This document shows, one piece after another, positions 13,973-24,566 of a DNA stretch of 64,000 nucleotides. The DNA lies in assembly GCA_965153455.1 (NCBI GenBank), contig OZ234493.1, forward strand, positions 23,426,213 to 23,490,212, read 5' to 3'. The stretch is from Sphagnum compactum (taxonomy: Eukaryota). The notes under the pieces were generated by a model. The model made no database searches. It worked only from the letters and a program-made list of their open reading frames with translations, and had not been told where the DNA came from. How positions within the stretch are numbered: position 1 is the first letter of the stretch; each line of letters opens with the position of its first letter. The translations under genes and the position numbers were made by a program.

Positions 13973-14147
13973 GTTTGATCTGCTCCTTCTTCTTGTTTGT
14001 TTGTTTTGTTGTTTCAGTAAGTAGCTAGAAGTATCTTGGAGTGAAACTTGGAAAGGTTATAGAAGACTATAGGATGCTTCTACTCTCAAAGTTTCAAAAG
14101 AAAAGGATATGTTTTGTGAGAGTTAAGAGCTTTTGAAAACTCTGTGC

Positions 14148-14454
14148 CAGATCTGGTTTTTTGGTCATATCTCCTTTGTTTAAGCTTTTTTGGGTCTGTA
14201 ACTTTGTGATCTTATAGATCATATAGGAATATATGTGTGAAAGAAATTTCATGTCATTTGAACTTGTATTGAGAGAGATCCAAGCATCTGAAGTTTCAAG
14301 TGCAGATCTGGTTTTTTGGTCATATCTCCTTTGTTTAAGCTTTTTTGGGTCTGTTACTTTGTGATCTTATAGATCATATAGGAATATATGTGTGAGAGAA
14401 ATTTCATGTCATTTGGACTTGTATTGAGAGAGATCCAAGCATCTGAAGTTTCAA
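14148..14454 (+). repeat. 155-bp tandem duplication in the retrotransposon 5' UTR
   Basis: Near-identical units begin cagatctggttttttggtcatatc at 14148 and 14303. Confidence 0.9.
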
Positions 14455-14494
14455 ATTTGAAGATTGAAAGCGCAAAAGTGTGAGAACTACCACC

Positions 14495-15467
14495 ATGGAC
14501 AACTCAGAATCAAAAATCGATCTCACTCAAATCCTCGCCGCCCTTCAGCACCTTCAATAAGAAAATGTCATGCTTAGAGACTCAGTGACCTGCCTACAGA
14601 ATCAGCCACCACCTCCTGCCCCAGTACTTCCTGCTCTTGCAATGGCCGCCTCAGAGCCCAAGATTAGTCTACCAGAAAAGTTTGATGGAACGCGCCTCAA
14701 ATTTCGAGGCTTTGTCAGCCAGGTACGCCTGATCATGCAACTACACCCCCATCGTTATTTTGATGACACCACTCGTGTAGGATTCGTTGGAACCCTACTC
14801 ACTGGGACAGCTGCAGCATGGTTTGCTCCCATCCTAGAAACATCATCCCCTCTCCTACAAGATTTCAACGCCTTTATGGCGGAATTTGAAACAGTATTTG
14901 GGGACAATGACAAGGCCAGGACTTCAGCCAACAAGCTACGTCGCCTCCAGCAAGGGACACGTTCGGCCATCGTCTACGCCTCAGAATTCAGGCAGCTTGC
15001 CTGCAACGTTAATTGGGGAGAAACTGCCTTGATTGATCAGTTTCGCTGTGGGCTTCGTGATGATGTGCAAGATCTTTTGTTGACATTCGCAGACCCTTCT
15101 TCTTTCAGTGAAGCCATCACCCAGGCAATTCGGTGCGATAATCGTTTGTTCGAACGTCGCCAGGAAAAGAAAGTCACCTCCAACGCCCAGCTTTAGAACA
15201 GTCGGCCTACTACGCTCCCCTTAGTTCCCCAAACAACACCAGTTGCCCGACCTGCCTCTTTTGGACCTGCTCCGATGCAGATCGACACAGCTAAGTTTAA
15301 ATCTTTGACAGAAGCCGAGAAACTTCGCCAAAGGATAAACAATCTAGTCTTTACTGTGCAACCCAGGGCATATAGCTCGTCAGTGCCTTCAAAAGCTTGT
15401 CAAACTTCAAGTACAAGCTGTGGAAACTCCCCAAGAGTTGGAAAACAAGAACATCCAGTCACAGTAG
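14495..15467 (+). pseudogene. Ty3 gag (PEG10/Tf1-type capsid plus CCHC knuckle), disrupted
   Basis: ATG at 14495 is in frame with ORF 14570-15196 (LPEKFDG...LQQGTRSAIVYASEFRQLA). Premature stops at ~14558 and 15194. Frameshifted CLYC-NPGHIARQC at ~15348-15388. Natural TAG at 15465-15467. Confidence 0.9.
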
Positions 15468-18243
15468 GAGCCGTGCGACTGGATCTCACCCAACACCACC
15501 TTTGCAAAGGCTCCTGTTCCGCTGTTGGTCCTAGTCCCAGTTTCACTCAGTATGTGGACATCATTCGTATTCTAAAAGACATACCACAAGTGTCAACTTT
15601 GGTGGACTCCGGCGCCACCTTTTCTTTCATCGACCAAACATTTGTCGTCCAACACAACATCCCTGTGGTCAAGAAGTCAACCCCTGTTCCGGTAGAGGTT
15701 ATTGATGGGAGAACCATTATTTCTGGTGCAATCACACACGAGACAACCCCTCTAGAACTCTGTATCGGCAAGCACACGGAGAAGATTGTTCTCAACATCA
15801 TCTCCACCCTCACCATCCCATCATCCTTGGTCTGCTTTGGCTAGAAGCACACAACCCTATCATTGATTGGCGATCTATAACCCTCACCTTCAGCGCACAA
15901 CGGTGCACCTCTCAAGAACCCCACGCTCAGAAAAACACTTTGTCCAGTCCTGCCAAGAACCCTGTCGTCGAGAACCCAAAGAGGGTCGGAACCAATTCCA
16001 GTTTTATCAAGTCTATTATGTCAAGTCCTGCAGTGAAGAACCCCCGGTTGGTCAGAACTAAACCTTGTCCTGTCAAGAATCTTGTCAAGAATCCTGCCTA
16101 GAAAACCAACCCTGTCCAGATCTTCGTTGATAGAGCTGTCCCTTTCTATCGGGCTGCTAAGAATCTTCAAGTCTTCGCCATCCATGTCAACCCAACCAAC
16201 ACCACAAACCCCCAATCAGAACCAACACCTGTCAAACTTCCCGAGAAGTACAAGGACTTTGTTGATGTTTTTGAAAAGATTAATGCTGATCAGCTCCCCG
16301 CCCATAGTCCATATGACTGCCTGATTGATCTAGAAGAAGGACACTCACCACCCTTTGGTCCTATCTATGGCCTATCGGAATCGGAACTCCAAGCGCTGCG
16401 TGATTACCTTACTGAAAATCTTGCCAAGGGGTTTATTCAGCATTCCAAGTCTCCAGCCGGCACCCCAATTTTGTTTGTCAAGAAGAAGGATGGCTCCTTT
16501 CGACTCTGTGTGGATTATCGTGGACTCAACAAGATAACCAAAAAGAATCGATATCCCTTGCCCTTGATTTCAGGTCTCCTACATCGACTACATACCGAGA
16601 AGATCTTCACCAAGCTTAACCTCCGTGGAGCCTACAACTTACTCAGGATTCGCCCCGGTGATGAATGGAAGACAGCTTTCCGCACACGCTACGGCCACTT
16701 TGAATACACGGTCATGCCTTTCGGCCTCACCAATGCACCCGCAATCTTTCAGCATCTGATGAATGATATCTTCCGGGATTACATGGACGAATTTGTCGTG
16801 GTCTATTTGGATGACATTTTAATCTTTTCCAAGGACCAGGAAACCCACGACAAACATGTACGATTGGTGCTTGCGACGCTCCGGGAGCATGGCTTATACG
16901 CCAAGTTGGAAAAATGTGAATTCGATAAATCTTCAGTGGCGTTCCTTGGCTACGAGATCTCTCCAGATGGCATTTTCATGGACAAGTCAAAGGTTGAGAC
17001 CATCCAGTGTTGGGCTACTCTATCCTCGGTCAAGGACGTTCAACGCTTCCTAGGGTTTGCCAACTTCTATCGTCGGTTTATTAAAGGCTACTCCAAGATC
17101 ATAACACCGTTAATAACCCTGACTTGCAAAGACAAGCCCTTCTCGTGGAATCCAACGGCCCAGGCTGCTTTTGATACTCTCAAGATGGCATTCACCTTTG
17201 CACCCATCCTAATACATCCCAATCCTGCCAAGCCATTCATTGTGGAAACGGACGCTTCAGATTTTGCCTTGGGAGCTATTCTATCTCAATTTGGAATAGA
17301 TGAGTTGTTGCATCCAGTTGCTTTCTATTCACGGAAGTTAACCAGTGCCGAAATCAACTACCAGGTCTACGATAAGGAACTCCTGGCAATCATCACGGCA
17401 TTCGAGCAGTGGAGACCGTATCTTGCCAGAGCTCAACATCGAGTCCAAGTTCTGACAGATCACAAGAATCTCCTTTATTTCACAACTACTCGGACCTTAA
17501 ATCGTCGCCAGGCACGCTGGTCTATCTTCCTAGCTGATTTCGACTTTGAGATTCAGTATCAACTCGGCACCCAGTAAGGGAAAGCTGATGCGCTATCTCG
17601 TTGTTCAGAATATGAACTTCGAGCGGGGGATGAGGCCTACGGCCAGCAGAACCAGACTTTACTCAACCCCGAGCAATTTCAAGTTGCAGCAACAATCAGC
17701 ACCCTCCCAGACTCATACCTTGTCAGGGACATCAAGATGGCAATTGAGGAAGACACCTGGGCTACCAACATCAAGAAGGAACTCCAGGAATGATCAAGGA
17801 ACCCAAATCGTGATGACTTGGATCAGTTTGAGCAGCAAGACGGACTTCTCCTTCGAAATAACCTGATTTATGTACCCGAAGGACCTATACGCCTAAAAAT
17901 CCTGAGAGAATGCCACGACAACAACCTAGCGGGTCACTTTGGAATGGCACAGACTCACGAACTAGTGTCAAGGACTTACTGGTGGCCCAAAATGAACAAG
18001 ATGCTACGGGAGTATGTCAAGTCTTGTGATACATGTGCTCGATCCAAGGCTCCCAAGCATCGCCCGTTTGGACTCCTACAGCCTCTGTCGATTCCTAGAC
18101 GACCTTGGGGATCTATTGCAATAGACTTCATCACGGACCTCCCTACTGTCAGAACCAAGAATTCAATACTGGTTGTGGTCGATCGACTCACCAAAATGGC
18201 CCATTTCACCCCTTGTTCCAAGTCAATCACGGCAGAAGAGACA
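15440..18243 (+). pseudogene. Ty3 pol (PR-RT-RNase H-partial IN), disrupted
   Basis: ORFs 15275-15844, 16471-17577 and 17818-18354 carry canonical motifs and are separated by a frameshift and in-frame stops. Confidence 0.95.
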
Positions 18244-18946
18244 ATTATGTGTTGTTGGTGTGCCCATGTGTTCCATAGACCGCCCAATGGCAAGTCATTC
18301 CAAAACTTTCAATTCCATTTGCAAAAGTCTCAATATAAGACACTAGGTAGTTAACAACATAGTAATTCTAGCACTCAACACCTAAGTTTGGGGTACATTT
18401 TATATTAGGAACAAAACATGCATTTCAAGGTACCTTTTTATATCTTAATTTGAAGACTATAATTTGGGATTCTAGGAATGGATTAAGGTTTAGAAGGGCA
18501 ATTGTAACCATCTGAAGATAAATTGGGAGAAATCCCAAAATTACACTCATGAAATTGATAATTTAATAATCAAAATATCCATACAAATTTCTTTCAAAAT
18601 GCAACATGGTTGTCCATTCACAACCTCACATTCATAGTCTAAAGGGCTTTCATCACAATATCCATACTTCTCTCCTGCTATAAGCATGTCTTGTGAATTC
18701 CTAAAGTTGATGAAATTAGCAAAGGATTTAAGGTGAAGGTCATCTTTGACTCCTTATGTACTTGCATTGTGCTTCAATGCCTTGAGTGGTTGATCCAAAT
18801 GTCAAAGGTCAAAAGTGTAGGATCAATGTCCTCACTATTAAACCAATGAGAAGTGCAAACATTTTTTTTGTTGACCTAGAAAGCACACCAAAGCATGTTA
18901 CTAGATACAACAACCTTCCATGGCTTGGAGACAATCCTCCACCTAT

Positions 18947-20096
18947 GATGTCTGTACCATGACCCAAAGGCTCATTCTTTGTATTTGATGATAACAAAGT
19001 TGCCATGAGCTTTTACCTCCCGTATGTATATGTCAAAGAAGATAGAACTTGCAATCAATTTCAAGAATAGGGCATTGTGGGAATTACACTAGTGTTTCGA
19101 GATCAAACTACAAAAGAATCACGAAAAAAATAAAGGTCAGACATAGAATGCAATTGTTGGTTGTGGTAGTTGAAAATAGTTGCAATAAGCTTCAAAATAG
19201 GCTAATTGCTTAAGGACAAGCAAATGCACAAGGATTCTATGGAATTATAGCGACAAAATGAAAGAACTACAAGTAGTGCTATCAACTAACTTACTGTTTA
19301 TCCAACTCCAAATTTACCGATAAGATTCAAATCCCCTCCCTTCTGCATTTGTTCCAAGAAAGTTATCAATGCAACACACAACAGACTACTTCATTGGTGA
19401 GCTATACCAAAACATGGGTTACTAAACAATAATATTAGATGGCAACAGAAAAATGCAACAGATGAAACACTTTTATGTGTTTTCACTTGGTGCCATCTAA
19501 ATTTAGTCTTAGATCTATGTGTTGGTTGTTGTTGATTTATGTGGGCAATATCTTCTGGCCGGGGACACGTATTTCACACTAATCACATATATTAATAGGT
19601 TTTAATATAAAACTCCCACATGCACCTGAAAGTCTTTGGATAAATGGATATAAGAAACATTTCACAATACTGTTAAGTTTTTACCTACAGTAATTGTGAT
19701 CTAAAGTTCCATTGGAGGGCGTCAAACTTACCAAATGTTCTTAATTTAGCAATAGTGCCAAGGTTCTTGATGAGGTCCTTTTTGGTCATACCAATGCATG
19801 TGTCTCAAATGGTCAAAACCTTATTCTCTTTGTCCAACTTAATTTGTTAAATGGGAACCCAAAGCAAGATCATTTCACCATCACATCTGATTAATAGGCA
19901 TACTAGTTGCAAGCTAGATGATATTATATCCATTGCACAACAAAAGCTGCAAGTGTAGTTCTTCAAATCATCTTGTGTGCAGGCTTCATTGGTGACCTTA
20001 AAATGGCTTACATGGATATCAAGTTTGGACTCATCTCCTCCACCAAGAACACCCTTGTCGGTTAGTGAAAGGAAGAAATCAAATCTTCTCAAATGC
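18947..20096 (-). pseudogene. HSP90: Captured fragment of an ER-type HSP90 (endoplasmin/GRP94/SHEPHERD-like) gene: 4 exons with introns
   Basis: Exon 20096-20012: AFEKI*F/LSLTDKGVLGGGDESKLDIH. Exon 19843-19732: [32 protein letters not shown]. Exon 19362-19295: FLEQMQKGGDLNLIGKFGVG..KQ. Exon 19029-18947: YIREVKAHGNF/NEPLGHGTDI. The order matches the HSP90 ATPase domain, and GTAAG donors are retained. Confidence 0.92.
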
Positions 20097-21407
20097 CTAC
20101 ATACATGACAAGCAGAAAACTTTGGATAGTTAAAAATTCGACATTTAAACATGATGCACACTAACGTAATGTAGTATATTCATTCATATTGCCACAAAGA
20201 ACTCTACCATGGGTCAAGAGAGACTGAGGACAAGAAGAGACTCTTACTTGTTGGAATTCAGTAAATTGAAAAAAAAATGAAGAGAGGACACTAGTTGGAA
20301 GTCGACAATGACAAGTCAAATGATTTGTAGGCTGGTTAATATAAGCCATGTATGTAGTCTACAAGTGAGATTGCAAGTTTTGGTGGGACACTTCCACGGC
20401 TTTGATAGCCACTAACCGTTAACCATTGTCAGGATACGCCTTTGCAAGCCAATAACCTATATGGAAGCACCTTTATAGCCTAGGCATCAATTGTGTATGT
20501 TGCATAAACAAAAGTTGTAGGACCCAACATACCAAAAAAAACTCAAATTTGTTCCAAGACTACTTGAGCTTAACCAAATTAAGCATGACGTTCAACAAAG
20601 GCAGCTTGAATTAGTTTGAAAACCTTGACGATTATATGACCTAACCCTAAGGGTTGCTTGTAACCCTAACATACCTTGTGTTTAGAAGATGCTGCCAATG
20701 GAAAAGGATGACCACAAAGGATTTCACATACATTGCCTACCCGGTTCGCACATGTGTTGATGGCTAGTTGCATCCCACCTACTAGGACTACATGAAATCA
20801 ATGTTGTGAAATATGTATACTCTGTGAGTGAGCAAACACCATTGGCAACAATGGCAATGGACATCAAAGTTAAAAGCTTTACATTGTTGGGGGATTTGTC
20901 AAGTAAGAAAATAAATTACAAATCACACAATTTTTGTGTGTTTAGCTTGGTGAACTTTCTTGTTCCAAGTGCCAAGCGTCCACATTTCCCTCTGAGGTTA
21001 AGAAGTTTTTTTGACATTCATACAAATCAAATAGGAAAAACTGAAAGAAAAAACACTCTAAATTGCAAGTCATCCACAAATTTCCTTTCGGTTCTGGTGT
21101 TGGGTCATTGAACTTTGTTTCCCCCCCTCCCTTCTTTGGAGAAAAGTGAAATCATCGATTTTTATAGGCAAACAAAATGTCTTCCAAACAATTATTGTGC
21201 GTGAAACTTAGATCTTGAGGAGGACCAACTATAACATTGCCGGGGACTAATGCTGAAACTCTAGCCCATCACATAGTGAATCTAGAACACAAACCATAGT
21301 TTGTTGTATTAAATTATGTTCAATAAGCAAAATGTAGTTTGTTATGCATATTGAACAACCTACCTCCAACTAATTTTTAATATTTTGTCTGCCACTTGTT
21401 CCTATAG

Positions 21408-21668
21408 TTTGTTGTAGGTGATCAAGTGTTCTTGTTATACAAACGTATACCTACAACAAGTGCAATAGTTTGTGGAGTTCTAGGGGATACATTTCATGGG
21501 TCCACAATTCGAGATGGTGTTTACAAGGTGGAAGTGCAAGGAGTGATGCTTGCAGATGCACCTTTGCCTTTCCCAAATAACAAAAATGAGTCTCCACAAT
21601 TATTTGTAAAGCAAGCGCAAGGTCAATTTGCATTGTGGGAAAGTGCACAAATGCAAAAGGCTAACTAA
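21408..21668 (+). pseudogene. C-terminal exon of a CACTA TnpA/Ptta-like (En/Spm) protein
   Basis: FHGSTIRDGVYKVEVQGVMLADAPLPFP...GQFALW resembles the conserved C-terminal En/Spm TnpA-type domain. It follows a pyrimidine-rich cctatag acceptor and lies near the CACTA right end. Confidence 0.65.
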
Positions 21669-23499
21669 TTAGGTACATGAACATGGCATTTAATTGATTA
21701 GTAGTTATTTCCTAGCTATTGGTGTCATGATTCAACAATTTTTCCTGTATAAAATGCTTGATAATGAGAAATTCATTTTAATGTTATGTCTCATTTCCTA
21801 GATGTTCACTATATCTCATCATTACTTTGTTGAATCAATGGCAATTGTAATTGCCTTGCAATTGTCATAGTCACACTTTTTGTGGCATTAGAAACTTCAT
21901 ATACAACTCTTATATAATTGTATGTGCAGTTGCAACACATGTGACTAAAATGTTTAATGTAGATTGGAAATTCCATGTGGTATATAAACTATTTGTAGAT
22001 TAATTGAAATGTTCAAATTTGCTTGAACGTGTGGTAAACCCTATTGGAAAATGAACATATCCCAAACTTGCACCAAACCTAAGCCAAGCCTAAACCAAGC
22101 CTTTCCCTAACCTAAATCAAACCTACCCCTAACCTAAACTAGACCTACCCATAACTTAAACCGAACTCCTACTGAACCTCTACCTATCCTAAACTGAACC
22201 CCTACCTATTCTAAGCCAGCCATACCCCTAACCTAAACACAACCTTATTTATCAATGATCATTCACAAATACCAGCCAAATGTCAATTGACCATTCATGG
22301 TCACGAATGCTACGTGGCACAATCCTTTCGACCTATTGATGCAACAACCACGATAACATGCAACTACTTTCTTATAGTTGCAATTACAGTTGTAACTTGA
22401 TGTCCACGTCAAACATATGATCATCCATTTACATGGATGAAAAAAACATTTGTGGTCGTAAGAGCTTCAACTGTATTTTCAACTTCTAGCCATGTAAGGT
22501 CTTTTGCGACAATGTGTCTTCTAGTGAAAATCTTGGAACATTTTTTTTTCCAATTTTTTGAAACCTTTTTCAGGTCTTTTTTTTAATATTAAAAAAGAAC
22601 CAGGTCAAGTATCAGAAAAGCTTTTGAAACCCGGACCCAGCAGGTCTCTAAACAAACTCCAACCCAGCAAACATTGGAATATTCGACCTAAAAAATCACA
22701 AATGGATATTATTTTGAAATTCACTATTTAAAAAGAAAATTTCAGCTTCTTTTACAAAATATTGGGGGAAAAGTTTGGTCACATTTGGGCATAGTTTTCT
22801 TTGTTTCGGGGGCAGTTTTTTATAGTTTTCTCTTCAATTTTGACCATTTCCTACAAATCTGTTGCCGATTAATACTAAATCTTTTTTTGAGATGCTCATT
22901 AATGATTCTAGACTTTGACTCTCTCAATTGATCTCTCGCTCTCTCAATTTTGGCCCAATGATTTTTCTGTGGAATGTTTTTGCCATTTTGCAAGAAATAT
23001 TAAAAAAGAAATCACCAATTGAAAAAATAAATAAATCAACAATTGCCTACAATATGAAAGGTTGCTTAAGATTTTCTACTTTCACATTTTGAATGTCTCC
23101 AAATTTGGCTAAATATACTTATGGTTGATCCCTTCTTGAGCAACCTCACAAAATTGAAAAACAAAAAAGCATTGTATTCACAATGCATCTCAACATTCTG
23201 GATCTTTACATTTCGACACATTTCATTTTATTTGCGAGATGCTTAATACCCCTCTCCCCTCGGAAGCGCTAAACACCCCCTAAAGAGCTCTGTCTGGGAC
23301 ATATTTGGCTTGTCTTCTTGCACATGGTTTTTGCCTTGCATGGTTTAACGTGAAACCATGCAACATGGTTTTCAATGTTCTGCAAAAACAACATGAAGCT
23401 TCATGTCTTCTTCAGCTATCTCAGATGTTCTGAGGCAGGGCAATCAGGACCATCCACTGGAATACCTTTCTGCAATGAGCAAAAATCACATTTTTTTGG

Positions 23500-23857
23500 G
23501 GCAAGAGTGAACCAGCACCCACCAGTGCACCATCCATTGGATGTCTGTTATGACTCAATTGTGGATGAACATAAACTGAGCAATAGTTGGTTTCACCTTG
23601 GTAACTCATTTTGTAAGAATTAGGTTCAATATATAGGTTGATAGGTAAGAAAATAGGTCACTAATATGTAAGAAGATAGTTTATACCTAATAGGCAAAGG
23701 TCTGTTATTAATACCTTACTAGTTGATAGGTAGTAATAAAAGTAGCTAAGCCAACCACCATGGTTAGCAAGGGAACTGGAACCCAACAGAAAGTGTAATC
23801 TTTATCATTTACCATCATCCTTCATGGTGCATTGGTGGGTGCTGGTTCAGTCTGGCC
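23500..23857 (+). mobile_element. Mutator-like MITE, copy 2
   Basis: Same TIRs and internal sequence as 6469-7263, without the nested MITE. TSD not clearly preserved. Confidence 0.88.
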
Positions 23858-24208
23858 TTCTTTATTACACTCGTAAAACAGCAAAAGACAAAGAATGAAA
23901 GCCTTGCAAGCAGAACAGCGCAATTCTCAGCACTCCTGCACTGTCAGGCTTCGGACAGTGCTCGATGTGTGGGTGTATTTAGCGTCTCTCATTTTATTTA
24001 AGTGGTGTCAAGTGGTCAGCCCACCAACGGAATCTGTGTGCTGGTGCTTCACTACTTTCAAGGTTGTCAGAACCGCAAACCAACCATATTTGTAGTAATG
24101 GTGGAAAATTCAATTGCTACTCTTATATAATGGCCAAAGGAGTTGCACAAGTGTGCTCCCAAAATGGTTTACCGAAAGTCTTTATCTCATCTGACACTGG
24201 TGTTTCTG

Positions 24209-24566
24209 CGCCACAGTGAACTAGCACCCACCAGTGCACCATCAAGGATGGATGATATGTGATCAGGAAACAGTATGCCGTTGGGTTCCTGTTCCCTAGC
24301 TAACCATGGTGGTTAGCTCAGTTGCTTTATCTACTACCTACCAATTAGGTAGGTAGTAAAAACAGCCGCCTACCTGCTATGTATAAACTATTTACTTACC
24401 TAGTAGTCCCCTATTTTGTTACCTACCTGTCTATATGTTAGACCTACTTCTTATAGAATGGGTTACCAAGATGAAATCGGGTAGTAACTCAGTTGAGGAT
24501 CATCCACAACTGAGTCATTACAGGCATCCAGTGGATGGTGCACTGGTGGGGGCTGGTCCACTGGCC
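24209..24566 (-). mobile_element. Mutator-like MITE, copy 3 (inverted orientation)
   Basis: Same TIRs with the internal sequence reversed. Perfect 9-bp TSD GTGTTTCTG at 24200-24208 and 24567-24575. Confidence 0.9.

Larger units (their letters stand above)
13743..18243 (+). mobile_element. Ty3/gypsy LTR retrotransposon (Tf1/sushi/Tcn1-like), 3'-truncated within integrase
   Basis: Order is LTR, gag, protease (LVDSGA), RT (YLDD), RNase H (ETDASD...YDKELLAI), integrase zinc finger (H..GH...C..C) and start of the core (IAIDFITDLP). Homology stops after KSITAEET and there is no 3' LTR. Confidence 0.95.
13372..22526 (+). mobile_element. Large CACTA/EnSpm element carrying captured gene fragments (Pack-CACTA) and a Ty3 insertion
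   Basis: Termini CACGAGAAGA / TCTTCTAGTG with AA on both sides. Subterminal tgcaact/agttgca repeats at both ends. TnpA-like last exon at 21408-21668. Confidence 0.7.
7419..22676 (+). mobile_element. hAT DNA transposon expanded to ~15.3 kb by nested insertions
   Basis: Termini CAGTGTTGG / CAAACATTG. 8-bp TSD GAATATTC at 7411-7418 and 22677-22684. Degenerate hAT transposase inside. Confidence 0.75.

Noticed and set aside
22075-22245. Telomere-like cctaaac/cctaac repeats
   Set aside because: The units are irregular, not CCCTAAA arrays, and lie inside a CACTA subterminal region. A similar tract occurs at 61555-61650.
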